A stretch of DNA of 57,740 bases, counting the filler, from Sphacelaria rigidula (Eukaryota), in assembly GCA_964200075.2 (NCBI GenBank). It is 7 parts of 7 records of this genome, joined end to end, with 100 filler letters (N's around TTAATTAATTAA, not from the genome) between each part and the next. Parts side by side here need not be neighbours in the genome. Positions count along the whole stretch, not along the records: positions 24,790 to 32,952 come from CAXNAA020012075.1; positions 33,053 to 41,215 come from CAXNAA020012076.1; positions 41,316 to 49,478 come from CAXNAA020012077.1; 4 more parts are not named here. One strand, given 5' to 3'. Shown here in pieces: positions 29,595 to 42,974 of the stretch (position 1 is its first letter; every line of letters begins with the position of its first letter). The notes beneath the pieces were generated by a model that had not been told where the DNA came from, ran no database searches, and saw only the letters and a list, made by a program, of their open reading frames with translations. The position numbers were made by a program, and so were the translations under genes.

Positions 29595-32579
29595 GGTCCG
29601 TGCGTGTGTTTATCATGTGTTTTGTGATGTTTTGAATGTGTCTCAGCATGATATAATTAATTATACCATCTGTTTTTGTTGATTGTGCGTCCTGTCGGAG
29701 GGTTGGGGCGAGGGATCATGGAATTTCGGACATCTCCAAAGACACTCGAACGCAAGCACACGCACCCCTTTCATCGCCAGCGTCCACGGAAGATGTTCGC
29801 ACATGAGGTCGGGCCACTTCATCGTGTCAAAACCATACGGTGCTTTGCTCCCGTACACTAGTGCCGTGGTGTCATGTCCGGGTGTGTGCACAGTATGCGT
29901 GTTGTTGACTCGTGACTTTCATATCGAAGCGGGTAAGCAGGAGAAAGAGCAACCGGTAGCGATCTTCATGGGGGAGATACCGCCACCGCAGCCTCCGCTA
30001 TCTGAAGCCCCACCCGTTGTGGCTCACTTCACCATTCAATTTTTGCTGCGTTTTCTTTTTTCATGCGAAAATGTTCACGTGGATTCTGCCTGCTATGGGT
30101 GCATGCGTGGTAATAGGACTGATGGTTCGATTAGTCGCGAGGCTTTTGCGCCATGGCGGGGCCAGGGCGGGTCGGAATATAACGGGTTTGGGGGAGTTTT
30201 TACGCGCAGTTTGTGAAGTACGTAACTTGGGGCACCCGATTCGATAGGTGCGTACACTACTGTACACGGCTGAATACTGTTGTTCGCTTGCTTCTGTATC
30301 AAGATTGGTCCTGTTTCGATTGTTTATCTTTATCTTGTTGGGTGTGGTTTTTTTGTGGATGGGTTTTATTTATAAGTGTGGCGTGGCTATAAAGAAGTTG
30401 CAGCGAGGGCGCGTACTCATGAAAGTGAGCGGTGTGGGGCTCCGTGTCTGCCGACGTGTATCTCGGGCTTGTGGTGGGGGGATCAGCTGGCGAAGAAGGT
30501 TGTATTTGGGGGACCCGTGGGGAGAACGTGATGACATACGTTTCTTTCGGATGTTTGATGGTGTATCGGCTTGATCATGCGATATAACTTTATTCAGGGT
30601 GCAATGAGTACCGAGGGTCATACTTGACACCAACAATATAAAGTGGAAAGTGTGCTCTCAAATCGTTGTAAGTTGAGATCATATGTTTACCCGTCGTGAG
30701 TTAAGGCGACGCTCCGTTTCTCGCGCGTCGTTCCTGTTACAGGGCCGATACGCTCATTTCGTCGTTTTTGTCCAGCAAGCTGCGTCCGTCGGGGCGTTAG
30801 ATTGTACATGCTGAGTATGCAAAGTTACTATAATTGCGTCAATATATACTGCGCAACACTGTCCTCTGTGCCCCCGTCCAAGCGCTTCTTGCAGGCGTCA
30901 TGGCGGGAAAGCTTACTTTTGCAAGGCCTTGCTAGACCATGGTCACAGCATGGTGGATCGATGGGTGTTATAACCCTTAGACAGCGAGAGTAGATCATCT
31001 GCAGAATCGGCATCCATTCCAACTGAAAAAAATATGCATGATCCAGATAGACTACCTCAACAATGTTTTCGTGAGATTGAGAGTAGAGGATACGATTGAG
31101 AGTAAAAAGCGGTCAACTAACTAGTGAATGAATTGTTTCGGTTCCGAAATGTCCCTCCGCGAGGCCCGGTATGCTTTCTGTAGTAGCTTGCCACTAAGGC
31201 CCTTGATATCCCTGAGAAGGACTGTAAGCACACGCTAGTATTAGAGGTGAAGAAAAACACACACAGAATGACGGAATGGCCTAGTTAGATCGAATGACCG
31301 AAGCCATTCTCAATTAGCGCTCTACTCTCAATCTCACGAAAACGTTGTTCCTCGCGGTCTACAGGTTAATGACGTCGTCCATTTTTTTGTCCAGATGTCT
31401 CTGGGCGGGCTCGCGGTGGTTTATGGCGTATGCCAATAACACTGATGACATCTTGGAACAGAGAACGTCGTCGAAGCCTTCTAGCTGTGGTGCGGCAGCT
31501 GCGCGTGACACAGGGAAGTGTTTACGACACCATCTTCCATATTAGATGCTTTTTTGACCCGCCAGACTCGAGTGAGGAATAATCTCGTATACAGGTATTC
31601 ATGCACGAGATTACAAGTCAGGAGCGCGGGAAACTCTCAGCTGCATCTTGCAACCCGACACACCCACCAAGCATCTAAATCTATGCGCAAAGGGCTTATC
31701 GACGAGCCATGAAGAGTGCACCGAGCTACCTTTACTACTTTATCGCAAATAATTATGTTTTCAGCGTAAGACCAGCCAGCTCGTATGAGCGTAGGCCTGC
31801 ATTTCTGAATTTGTACAAACCATGGGATTGCACCCTCTCTGAAAGCGATTTTAATCTAAGGGATGACTTCTTGCCCCCCTGTTTGTTGGTCAACTCCTCG
31901 GCCAGCTGAGAGGAAACCGGATACATACCTCTCCGGTCGTCTGAACGTTGACTTCTGGTATTTCACCTTTTTTCTTCTCTCAAATTCCAATTTTCAAATT
32001 GGTTGTTGTGTCAGGCTATTTTCCATTTTTTAAATTGGTTGTTGTGTCAGGCGATTCCAGATTCGGCATTAGATTTCTGTGACAAGAAACACTCTCCTTT
32101 TTTCGGAATACTTTTCACAAAACGAGGAGAACTTTTAAAAAAACAAGAAGAACTTTTCGGCAAACTGCTCGAACCATGACGTCATTATATGGAGTATAGT
32201 GTAGTACACTGAAAACAAGATAACTGTGCAGTGGTTTATGGAGTGCAGAGTACTACACAGAACTACACAGAACACAAGACAACATGGCAGTTCTACAGTG
32301 TTTTTTTGTTTTGGAACCTGAAGACGGACTGTATACAGTATGCATCAACTTCCATTGTTGCTAGATTTTTCTTGCCGTGGCCGCGAGCGCTGGCGCCGAT
32401 GCCAACGGCAGCAACCGTCATGCTGACGGGTGCAAGCAGTACCCTGGCGGTGCAGTATATCCGCACAGTGCCGTGCGTCGCTCCTTCCATGGGAGCTTGG
32501 TGTCTGTCCCAGCCGGTCGAACGGTGTATACTGGTGCTGGTTGCGTGCATTTACCCAGCAGTGCTCGGTATCGCGCAAA

Positions 32580-32762
32580 CCCAATGCTTCGGCAAGTTGA
32601 ACCTGCTACAGGGGTATTGCCAAATGCCTCTGGCGCCGGAGACTCAGGAGATATTCACGATCGTCACGGCTGACGGTTTGTTTACGCCAACTCGTGTCCC
32701 ACAGGGCGTGTTGAACGCCACGGCGTATTTTAAAGGTGTACTGACTGACATTTTGCGAGGTC
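32580..32762 (+). mobile_element. Isolated Gypsy RT fragment, same family as 43058-46139
   Basis: QCFGKLNLLQGYCQMPLAPETQEIFTIVTADGLFTPTRVPQGVLNATAYFKGVLTDILRG is closely similar to 45780-45962 at both DNA and protein level. Confidence 0.88.
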
Positions 32763-32952
32763 GTGATGGGTTCGGGTAACATGAAATTTTGAGTTTTCAA
32801 CAGTCAAGTGTGTAGACAGCACTGCGTCCTGACTGATACCGTATGTTACAGCTTGGTTACAGAGAGACGGACACAACAATACAGCACATCAAGCAATCTC
32901 AGCGGAGACCAAACCGTCTTCGCAAGGTCTAAACACACCCCAGAACAGTGAT

Positions 32953-33052
32953 NNNNNNNNNNNNNNNNNNNNNNNNNNNNNNNNNNNNNNNNNNNNTTAA
33001 TTAATTAANNNNNNNNNNNNNNNNNNNNNNNNNNNNNNNNNNNNNNNNNNNN
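32953..33052. other. Artificial contig linker
   Basis: Same 100-bp linker. Confidence 0.98.
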
Positions 33053-33412
33053 TGGGGCGTTGTAATCAATGAAAAGAGTCATTTCGGGGTGGGGGGGGGG
33101 CGTGCATCGGCCCCATCATATCCGGTCATAGCTCACACCGCTTGCGAGCGATGAACATGTCCAAAGTTTCGAACAGACTGTTTCAGCCTGATGCACGCTG
33201 AAAACTTGACCACTACGATTATTAGCAAGTCCAGGATTCACTGGGAAATTTCTTGGCGTCCGTGACCCCCCCTTCACGCGGCACCGTGCTTGCGTGATCA
33301 GTGTTTTGTCCCTTTCGAGTCTGTCTCCGTGGAAAAAAAAACTTGTTGTGCTAGCGCCCACTCCACGTGACAAAAGACTGAAACGTTCTGTTTGTTGTCA
33401 ACGCGCTCGCAG

Positions 33413-36400
33413 ACTGGGTCTGGTGTTGCTCGCCGAACGGTACAAGGTGGGAGGGTCAGCGTGGTGGCCATATCTACGCAATCTTCCCCATTCCGTCGTG
33501 GGCATTCCGCTGTGTTCGTTTGACAATGCAGAGATGGCGGCCCTTCAAGACGATGTCGTGAGACAGAAAGTCGACGCAAGGTGAGCTGCGTGCATACTCG
33601 TAGCTACTCGGCTGCGAGCATGTCATACGTATCCCGTCGACCGCAAACTGAAGCTGGAGGCATGGAGATGTAACGTAATGCTCTCTACCTATTTCGAGAA
33701 CAGAAATGCAGCAAGGAGAAGTGACGAGACTGATCATCTTGCGTTGCTGGAAAAACCGGCATATATATATATATATATATATTTTATACCGTGTGCTTGA
33801 ACTCCCCTACAAGTTTGTGAGTGCGGCAGAGGACGCCAATACCGCGTGCCGCATCTTCGGTAACCGGGGGATCATGAAGGAAGGGAATATCACGTATGTC
33901 ACGTGCTAGTACGATGTGCTTGCGCGCGCCACGATGGCATCAAACTCTCGGCTGGGGCTCGAAGTGCACCTTCTCCAGCTGTTCCCTCTGGAGTACTAAA
34001 ATGATCGAAAATCACGGCACGGTCGTTGACGATTCCACGACACCGACCAGATTCATACTGGGTGGTAAAGGCTTTTCCAATCTACCCCTCATGGACTATT
34101 CTTGTCCCGTTATCCGGGGAAAACTTGCGCGTCGCAGGTCTGCTTTCTTGCTGAAGTTCGTCAAAGATGTGTTGGACGGTATCCCCCCTGGACCGTACTC
34201 TCCGTTTGGCGACGAACGAGTAACTATCGGTAAGCTCGCATGGGCGGCTGCGGTGGCGAGCAGCCGAGCCTTCCGCTTCGATGAGCGATTGCAGCTGGTC
34301 GGTGGGGTGGCTACAGCCGAGGGAGATCCTGTAATTGTGCCCTTCATCGACATGGTCAACGTCAACGTCGAGGATGGCGAGGGTGTAAACGTCAAGGTGC
34401 TGCTTGTGCTGCTTTTCAACTTTCTCTGCTAGTGACGCCAATGCTTGTGTTTGCTTGTTTTCTCGTGAGCAGTGTTATTTTTGCGCCGATTTTTGTTTTT
34501 CGTCGTTGTGGTGTCACGGATTTGCTCCATTGTGACAGCTGTGGTGTGGAAGAGTGGAGTGGGGCACTGGGCAACGGTGTCGTGCTGCACGGTACAGCGA
34601 CGAGCACACGTGAGACTGGGTGCCGGTATGCATACTTTCTGGTTCTGTGCACCGATTGAGCACCTTAGATTGTGAAGATACAAACGTTACGGCGCCCTTG
34701 TTCGTATAGCTCGCATTGCATGACTGCACATATGTCTCGCTGGTAGTAGCCAGAATCGCATTGTTTGGAACGCTTGGTTCGCAAAAGTCTACCGGGCGCT
34801 CCGGGGTGATGATGCATGCTGCCCTGGAAGTGCAGGCAAGGATGTATTGCTAGTCAGCCCTCTGCTGTACCCCACTTGGGGACTGCCTTGCTCATAGGGT
34901 ATATTGCATAGAGGAATCTCTCTCTTTTTTCCGTCGCAGCTGTGAACAATATTTCACATGCCGTAGCTCAGCCGTATTCATATCTTGTTTGTTCTCGTTT
35001 CATTCGTTTCCAGGTGGAGGCAGTCAGCTGTAACGAGGAGTCAGAAGCGGAGACTCGTGCAGATAGGCAAGTCGGGAAGGACAGAGCGATCCCGGCAGGG
35101 TCGGTGCGATTAGTAGCAACTCGTGCGATAGGCAAGAACGAGAGCCTGGAAATGGCACCTGTGTGTATTATCAGAGACGCTCACGTAAACACCATTGGAA
35201 ACCAGGAGCTCTTGTGCAACTATGGCTTCGTGGATGGCGGCAGCCGCCAGGAGCGTGCGAGCATCGAGTTCAGCGTGAGTTTCTCGTCCGGTTTTCTAGT
35301 TTTTATGGCCTACCATGCGATAGTCATACACGTAGCGATCACCACTAGTGACCGTGTCAATTTACCGTCGAATATAGTGACAAGGTTTTACCCGTGTGTC
35401 TCACAATATGTGCTGCAGTGCACAAACCAACCAACGGCAGCTGTGATTTCCCACTCTATCTCCATGGTTTGTTATTCCCCCTTTCAACCATCCAACGTAG
35501 GTTTACCCAGAAACGAGTGGATAGCAAAAGTACTGAAGGTGCTCTACACAACCAGCCGACCCGGTGCATCCTGTCTCTCGTCGCTTTTCCGCTCCTCTTG
35601 TGTGCTTTCGCCGACGACACCACATTCGTGCTTCATGTGAGCAGAAGAACGTTCTGCAGTATGCGCGGCTCTTGGTGTGCATCACCAACGAAAAATTTGG
35701 GTCGTCGGTTGGAGAAAACGAGTTGGAGCCTTGGCAGCACAGGGTGCTAATAGACTTGAAACTGGAGGGTCCGGGGGCGGACCGTACGGTGTACCTGGGC
35801 GGGGACCGAAGTCACGCTACTTTACCGGTGAGGGTGGGAGGATTCGGGGGGACGGCGTGGTTCGGAAGATGATGCGTCCAATGACAGTAGTGGGCAAAAT
35901 GTTCCGTGAGTGCCTTGCGATGTAGAGCTCGGTCGAGTTATCGATGCCGCGATCACTCGAGGAGCAGGTCTTATATCCGGCGTATGTAGCTGCGCCCGGG
36001 ACATGTGTTTCACGTAAACCCTAGTGTTGGTGTGGTGGTGGTGGTGGTGGTGGTGATGATGATTGTGGTGATTGTGGGGTTGTGCGGCATCTTACTTCTT
36101 GCGTGTGTTGCAGCAGGGTTCAAGCACAAATAAGTTGTGCTGGAGGTTCGTTGTGCCAAGGCCGTATCAGTAGGCCGTAGCTGTTGCTTTCCCCGTATGC
36201 GGTTCGGACGGGCTCGGGATATACATATGCGCGTGCGTGTGCGATGCATTCAACGGCACGCGGCGCGTGACCCCCACGAGTGAAGGAGCGAGCAGCATCG
36301 TGCTTCCCTCGATCCCTCTGTTTCTGCGTAACCGTCCTGTGTTGCGTTTTGCGTTGAACTTGATTCGTGGTGCCACTGTAACATAATTTCGTTAATGATT

Positions 36401-38457
36401 GATTGTTAACTTTAGGTGGACCCGCGCCTTCTAGCCGCTTTACGGGTGATGTACGCGCGTAGCAAGGAGGAACTGCAGGGGAAAAGTGCACAAGAGCTAG
36501 CCGACTACGAGGTATGAGTCAAGTCGATAATATCGCCAATGTGAGAAGTTGTTATATTAGTAGTGGAGACCGTATTATCTGCGAAAGAAGTGCTCGATAG
36601 TGCTCGATGGACTGCATAACACAACGAACGCCACAGCGAACACCACAACGGAGGACGGAGGCAATCCACCACGGAGGGCGGACGTCAGCATAGTGTGCTG
36701 CGAAAAGGGTAAGGGAATACGCATCGCAATCTATCTTACTTGGCAACATACGAATCGAAGAACGCACCAGGATCACGGCGTTGTTGTCTCCTCTCTCCCA
36801 CTTGTCTGTGCCTGTTGCGGTCGGTTCCGACGTGATTCGCGGGGGTGAAAATGTACGGGAATGGAACGGTGTCGGCGACCATCCAGACGGGCAAGCTGTC
36901 GACGTATAACGAGAGGAGAGTTTTGTCTCTTCTGAACGGACTTATCAACATGCTGAAATGGAAGACCACTCTTGAGGTAAGGGGTAACTCACTGCAGTTT
37001 TGGTTTCTCGGCATGTGCGGCTCCCTCCACTGCACTAAATAGTTGTGTTTCCTCAGGGAAATGAGATGAGGTTGTACCCAAAGTGCAAGGATAAACTTCA
37101 AGGGCTTGCGCTCCTGACCAAGACCCCGTTGATGCATCCGTTCTCGTGTATCATTGGACTTGTCACAGAATGGTTGTTCATCGAAGTGCCGCAAGAATTT
37201 TTCGAAACCGAAGTCGGCTCGTGTGCTTGTCTTCGTTGTCCACGAACTATGTCTCGAGCGAATGTACCGAACAGAGCTTGGCTTGCCAGTAGAGGTAACC
37301 ACATGGAATACGTGACCATACTGCCTCTTGCTGTGCGTGGCACATGTGCGAAAACCCCCGGGATCATCATCCGTGGGTTGCGTCCTGACACTGTTCGTAC
37401 GTCGGCGTTCGTTTCATCACTCTCTACGAGTACTGCAGTTCTTTTCACATCGTCTCAAAATGCCGAAACATTGTCACTGCGTGTATTTTTTTCCCAATGC
37501 CATAGCCTTACGTACCCCGTATGTACTCTGCACTGCCATCTTCTGCCCTCTGTACGACTACACGTGCCACCCGGCGATGTTGTTCACACGGCAACCAGGA
37601 CGACGAGATGCTGTTGTACGGTCGAAAAGTAACTCCAGATTTATTGGAACACGAGGAAGCGATATCCTCGCTGTGGCACGAAGACTCCACCGCCAAGGAC
37701 TCTGCGGTACCAAAAAGTGGTGAAACATGGTACAAATAGATCTGCGACGGACAGTGTTTTTTCACTCATGGAAATTTCGTTTTCTGGGAAAATGATGCAA
37801 AAGATGAGCTATAGCGCAGAGATGAGGGGTTCGATGGTTACGTGTTCACTATCGTGTGGAATCACCGCAGGTCTTGTTCCACGTTATGCTCACGCATTCA
37901 CATGGTTCTGTCAACATGGATGTAAACTGGACGCTTTTGGCATCAATTCGGATTTGAAACCGGTGTCCGACCGTCCTCAAGTTGTGGCTCATCTTGATAG
38001 GGTTCGTATTCCGCTGTATACACGCGCTGTAGGCGAAGGAGATGAAGAGGAAGCACGAGAATACTCTTTCGATATGAACGCGAACGGCAGATCCGATTTA
38101 ATTTGTCGACCGAAATTGGCGCTGGACGCGTTGAATTCAAGATTGGAAGCTGACATGGCGGGAGATATTGTTGGTGATGCTGCTACTGCTGCCGCTGCTG
38201 ATGAAGAAGACGACGGCCATGACGATAACCAAGAGTTACATGGGAAGGACGGAAGGGGCAGGAAAAACAGCAAGCCTCTCAAGATAAACTCGGAGTTGAG
38301 TGCGAACATGGTCCTGGCTGTCAAATATCGACTAGCGCAGAAGAGAAGCATGCGGGAAGTTGCGCTTATCCTGAGAGCTCAGCTGGCTCAGATTGGGCTG
38401 GTGAAGGGGATGCGGGTGAGAAGGGCTGCGCTAACACATTTCACGTACGGCAGCTAA
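33413..38457 (+). CDS. SET-domain protein, Rubisco-LSMT/SETD3-like, with C-terminal substrate-binding domain; 5' end missing
   Basis: In-phase GT-AG exons 33413-33580 (LLAER...SAWWPYLRNLP), 34138-34396 (WAAAVASSRAF...VPFIDMVN), 35014-35274 (LVATRAI...NQELLCNYGFV), 35645-35827, 36416-36511 (DPRLLAALRV), 36887-36976 (LSTYNERRVL...TTLE), 37599-37719 (DDEMLL) and 38033-38457 (AVKYRLAQK...stop). The motif order is typical of LSMT-like SET proteins. Confidence 0.88.
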
Positions 38458-41162
38458 ACCCCAACTCATATTTATTTCGCCCCACCAGTCGCGCTGTGCG
38501 CTGTGCGCTGTGCGCTGTGCGACTCTACCTTCACCTCGCATCAGCGTACCGTATTATTTTGGGATTGGATTGCTTCCAAGATATGCGTGCCTCTACACAT
38601 TAGGCTATTTAATTCAAAGGTTTGAACATGAAGTGGTTGCTGGATGTCCAGATCACATGGTTCCCTCGAAGTCTTTCACCGAGCAGAGATTTGTTGCGCG
38701 TGCGCGGCATCAAGTATCATCCTACGCACGTTCAGACATCGGATGGCTGCATGGTTTGCTCCTATACGCTCATGGCTGAAGGCACGATCCACCCCGGTCA
38801 TCGCCGGATGCTTTTATACTGTACAGCTTGTGACAATCTAACCTTCCCGCCGTGCCTCTGTTTTGCCCTCCCGTGCCTTTGTACTTTTCGCCCCAACATG
38901 CCAAACATCGTGTGATCTATGCCACCATGAACCTCCGATGCCTGTGTGTTCCCCAATCAGTTTAATCCGAGTCTTGGGTCGACTCTGCAGGCAGTAGCCG
39001 ACAATGCTGCCGTCACTGAAAGTTGAGGCTGAGTCTTGGGCGGACTCTGCAGACCCCACTGCTGGGCGGTGAAGTTTTAGCCGCCAGAGCGCGGGATACG
39101 CCGCACCAGTGGTGAAGAGAAAACCATCACAGGGCAAAGGATGGCAAAAAATGCCGACGACGGAATGTGATTAAACGAGAGGTGGCGATGAGGGAAGAAA
39201 TGAATGGAAAACGGAGATAAGTTTTCAAGAGGTTCGACTTGCGATAAGTGTCGAGTTGGTGAGAGTGAACGCCGTGGCAAACACTCAAGCGGCAATCGAG
39301 TTGCCGTTGTACATACTCAAACGATACGAGAACAAGTGATTAGTCACGAAGGTATACCAGATGGACCCTAACCTATTTCCAGAAATTGCAGGAACTAGCC
39401 GCCTCGAACCGACTTCGCATGGTTCAACAGCGTGCAGTGCACGCCAATGGGGTTCGCACCTGAAGGATCTAGTCAAGTGGGTATACCCAACTCCGCTCGT
39501 GGCCGGACTTTCGAGATGTCACACACTCCAGTTCTGAACCGGTGCACTGCGTGCCTGTGTGTGTGAAGTCCATGAAGAAATGTGCGCCTGAGTGTTATTC
39601 CACTCAAACTGTGAGTTCGAGACACATGGAATTTGCTTGTCGGTTGCCTGCGGATGCTAGCCTATGGAGCATACAATGGCACTTTTGTTGGGAGGTGCTC
39701 CTCGAAACGATCTCGCCGGCTGACATTCAACGCAGTCAACTCCGATGCTATTACTGAGCAGCTTGTCTCTCTTTGTTAGGACCGCCCCCATGGCAGCATA
39801 CCTCGGCGATTTTTGTGGTCCCCAGACCTTGACCATCCAACACTTTTCAGTCGAATTCAACGCAATTCTTTGGGCAATATACAAAGAAAGGCTCACCCTG
39901 GTACTTCTGGAACCAAAAAGGGTCACGCATTTTTCGCTTTTGGGCGCGGCGCTGCACGCGGGCTGAACACCTCGAAAACACGTTTCAGGACCTCAGCCCC
40001 ACGCCCAAGGTGTCTGGACAGTATACCCGTTCATCTTTTTCATTTTCACAAGTTTTACTCGGCTAATGTACGGCGCCGAAAATGAGAGCCTGTGAGAGTA
40101 CCCTCATTTGTAAGCAAACCAGGAGGGTACACCCTGCCCTCTGCTGAAAATTTTTATCTTACCCTTTTTTGTGAAGTGGTGCCCGTACCGCCGTCTCAGC
40201 ACAAGTTACGCCAAGCCGTCACAACCACAGCCATTTCGGTAAAATTACACCCCACCACAGAAACGCCGAAACCCAACGACCAGAAGAGTATAGCCCCCCC
40301 GTTTTGGTTGGCCCGAAGACCCGGAAGATCCAACGATGCATACAGGTCGCTTGTGTGCAGGAGCTCACAAAGATCCGACGAACATGGGTGAACATCTTGC
40401 CGACACACGAGCCCGAACGGCATCATGCGGAGACAAGATCAGACCGTTGCCGAATCTGCAATTGGCGGCTCGGAAACAGATGGACACCGACCAGACTCCG
40501 GATTGGAGGAAGAACGCCTGAATCGAACGGTGTAGGCTGTACAATCATGTGTCTTCCTCCGATCGTTACCGTTGCACCCACGAGACCACCACTCAGAACA
40601 CAAAAAGCTGTGAGATCGGCGCATCGCCCAGCATATCCACATGCCCTTGAAAAAAAGACGTTTTGTGCTGTGATGAAACGGCTGTTCTGAAACCCAGATA
40701 TGAGGCTACTACCCCATGGTGTGGGAGTGGTAGTCTCAAGAGCCACGGGCTTGGCCGTGGGACGTGCCTAGACAGTTCGTTCTTGTGTGGAGGGAAACTC
40801 CAGGGTTGAGATAAGAAGTACCTCGAGAGGGCATCATGAGCGGTACCGTCTCGAGGTTAGAGTTTGACAATGGCTCCGATGACGGGAAGACAATGACCCG
40901 GATAGGATAGACAATGATCCGGACGGGATAGTCATTGACCCGGACGGGACATAATAGTGTTCATGAGAACGTTCCCGGAACCATGCCGGAGATATGAACA
41001 TTCCTGGAACGAAGGGGCGGTTGTAGACACGTGGAAGACTTGTGGACCACCCTGGTACTCACATCACCCCCCCAGATATGACGGTGCTAGCCGGCTACTC
41101 CGTCAAATCTAAGAGAAAAATGTAGTACTGGACACTTTCTACGATAGCCCCCCCCTAAATAA

Positions 41163-41215
41163 AACAGCGAATCATCCATGTTGAGGATGGTACTTTTTGT
41201 TGAGGATGAAACACA
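41163..41215. mobile_element. End of the foldback MITE family at a contig break
   Basis: AACAGCGAATCATCC...TTGAGGATGGTACTTTTTGTTGAGGATGA matches 46931-46982. Confidence 0.75.
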
Positions 41216-41315
41216 NNNNNNNNNNNNNNNNNNNNNNNNNNNNNNNNNNNNNNNNNNNNTTAATTAATTAANNNNNNNNNNNNNNNNNNNNNNNNNNNNN
41301 NNNNNNNNNNNNNNN
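41216..41315. other. Artificial contig linker
   Basis: Same 100-bp linker. Confidence 0.98.
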
Positions 41316-41750
41316 TCCTCTTTTTTCTTCAAAGAAAGTGCGTCCGACGGGAATCGAACCAGCGACTAACTTTTGTGACGGTTTAAAAAACCCGTCACAA
41401 ACCTCAGTTTTTTTTTCAACCCCATTTTCGAGAATCGGCTGTTAGATGACCTACCCCGCTCGCGCGGTCTAAGGGTGCGGGTATTGTAGTCCCACCTGGA
41501 TTACGCATATACGTTTTTCAATTGAAACTGATGCCGATTCAGCAGGTGCCCTACCCTCGCGGTCGAAGGGTAAACCCTTAACGGGAGGAGGGTATACAAG
41601 CCATCTGGATCGTGGATACTTTTCCCAAGTAAAATTGGTTTTGATTCACAGATGACCCCGTGTCTTGACAAAGCATTTTTCGTTAAAAAAGTGCGGAGAA
41701 TATTATGGAAAATTCCTATTTACAGCTCGTCACTTGTGATGATATGACGA

Positions 41751-42576
41751 TAGGCCCTGACTTCTGAGGCATGGCTTACTTTTTGCCTTAGAGCTGTGAC
41801 GAAATAACGCCGTTACATTAATTTGGTAGTGATGATATGTATAATGACCGTTGGTAGTGATGATCTGGATAATGACCGGGTATACTAGGTTGATGCCCTG
41901 GCATGTCTAGGAGGGTGCCTTGGAAGGTCACTCCTGAATAATGAGAATGTTGTAAAGACTGACAACTAAAACTGAGGCCAGTAAGACTGGGGAGTCCCTC
42001 AACAGCAGTGATGCAACAGTGCTTCCACTGGCTGGCGTCACAGAGCCCCTTTTCAGAAAGGGGTCATTGCCTGAGAGGGGGTATGGCGCCTGAGATGTCT
42101 CGTTTGTACGAGGCAAACACATATACTACAAAAAAAATGGAAGTAAGGCACACGACTTACGACGCCAACCTTGCGCCAACTCCCATTATTCGGGATACCG
42201 GGGTTTTACTTTTTGCCTAGGAGCTTGGAGCCCTTTTCGAAAAGGGGTTGCCTGATAAGGTGTTTCATGCCTGAGATGCCTTATTTAACGAAGACAAGCA
42301 CATTGTACCACTACAACAAAATCAACAAGAAGTCAAGCTTATTATGACAACGCCCATTCCTATTATTCGGGTAACCGGAGTGATCGTCTAAGGCAAGTCT
42401 ACGGCAAGTCCAAGGCAAGTCTCAGGCATCCCGAGCTATAAACTAAGGCATTTCAGGCATGAATACGGGGTAAGGCATGCCTTAGCAGTTGCTTGAGGTC
42501 AACTGTTTTGCTTGAGACGTGCCTTAAACGGTTTGCCTTAGACTCCCCTTCGGCATGCCCTAGAAGCCAGGACCTA
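41751..42576. mobile_element. hAT-like non-autonomous element
   Basis: TIRs TAGGCCCTGACTTCTGAGGCATG and CATGCCCTAGAAGCCAGGACCTA. 8-bp TSD TATGACGA/CATGACGA (one mismatch). Subterminal AGGCA/AAGGCAAGTC repeats and an internal direct repeat of about 160 bp. Confidence 0.8.
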
Positions 42577-42605
42577 CATGACGACCTATATCAGATCGGA
42601 ATTTT

Positions 42606-42974
42606 AGAAGCGACCCCGGTGGCTCAGTTGGTAACCTCGGAACCTTCTGACGATTGGGTCTTGGGTTCAAATCTCGGATCGATCTGGGATTTTTTCTCTC
42701 CCCATGTCCAACAGTGGAGAGCGACAACGTCGCGGGTACACAAAATTCGACTTAACGGTCGACGAGGGAAAGGGACTGCTGAACCCCTCTTGCGATAAAA
42801 AATAAAGGCAAGCACCACAGAAGGCAGGTGGGGTACTAAAAACAAAGAAGAAAGAAAAAACTCCTGTATTGACCTTCCTCCTGTGTGACCCCGGCTGGTG
42901 CGTCCACATATACCGCAACGTGTAGGCTAGTGTCCAGAATAAATGAGGCGACAACACACACAACGCACAACCAT
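42606..42974 (+). mobile_element. tRNA-derived SINE (family A) with TSD of about 14 bp
   Basis: A box GGTGGCTCAGTTGG, B box GGTTCAAATC and a CA-rich tail. TSD TCAGATCGGA(A)TTTT at 42591-42605 and 42975-42988. Full-length homologue at 12120-12500. Confidence 0.88.

Noticed and set aside
42610..42685. Possible tRNA genes (also 12430-12500 and 51380-51452)
   Set aside because: The stems are degenerate and each continues into a longer repeat body, so they are SINE heads.
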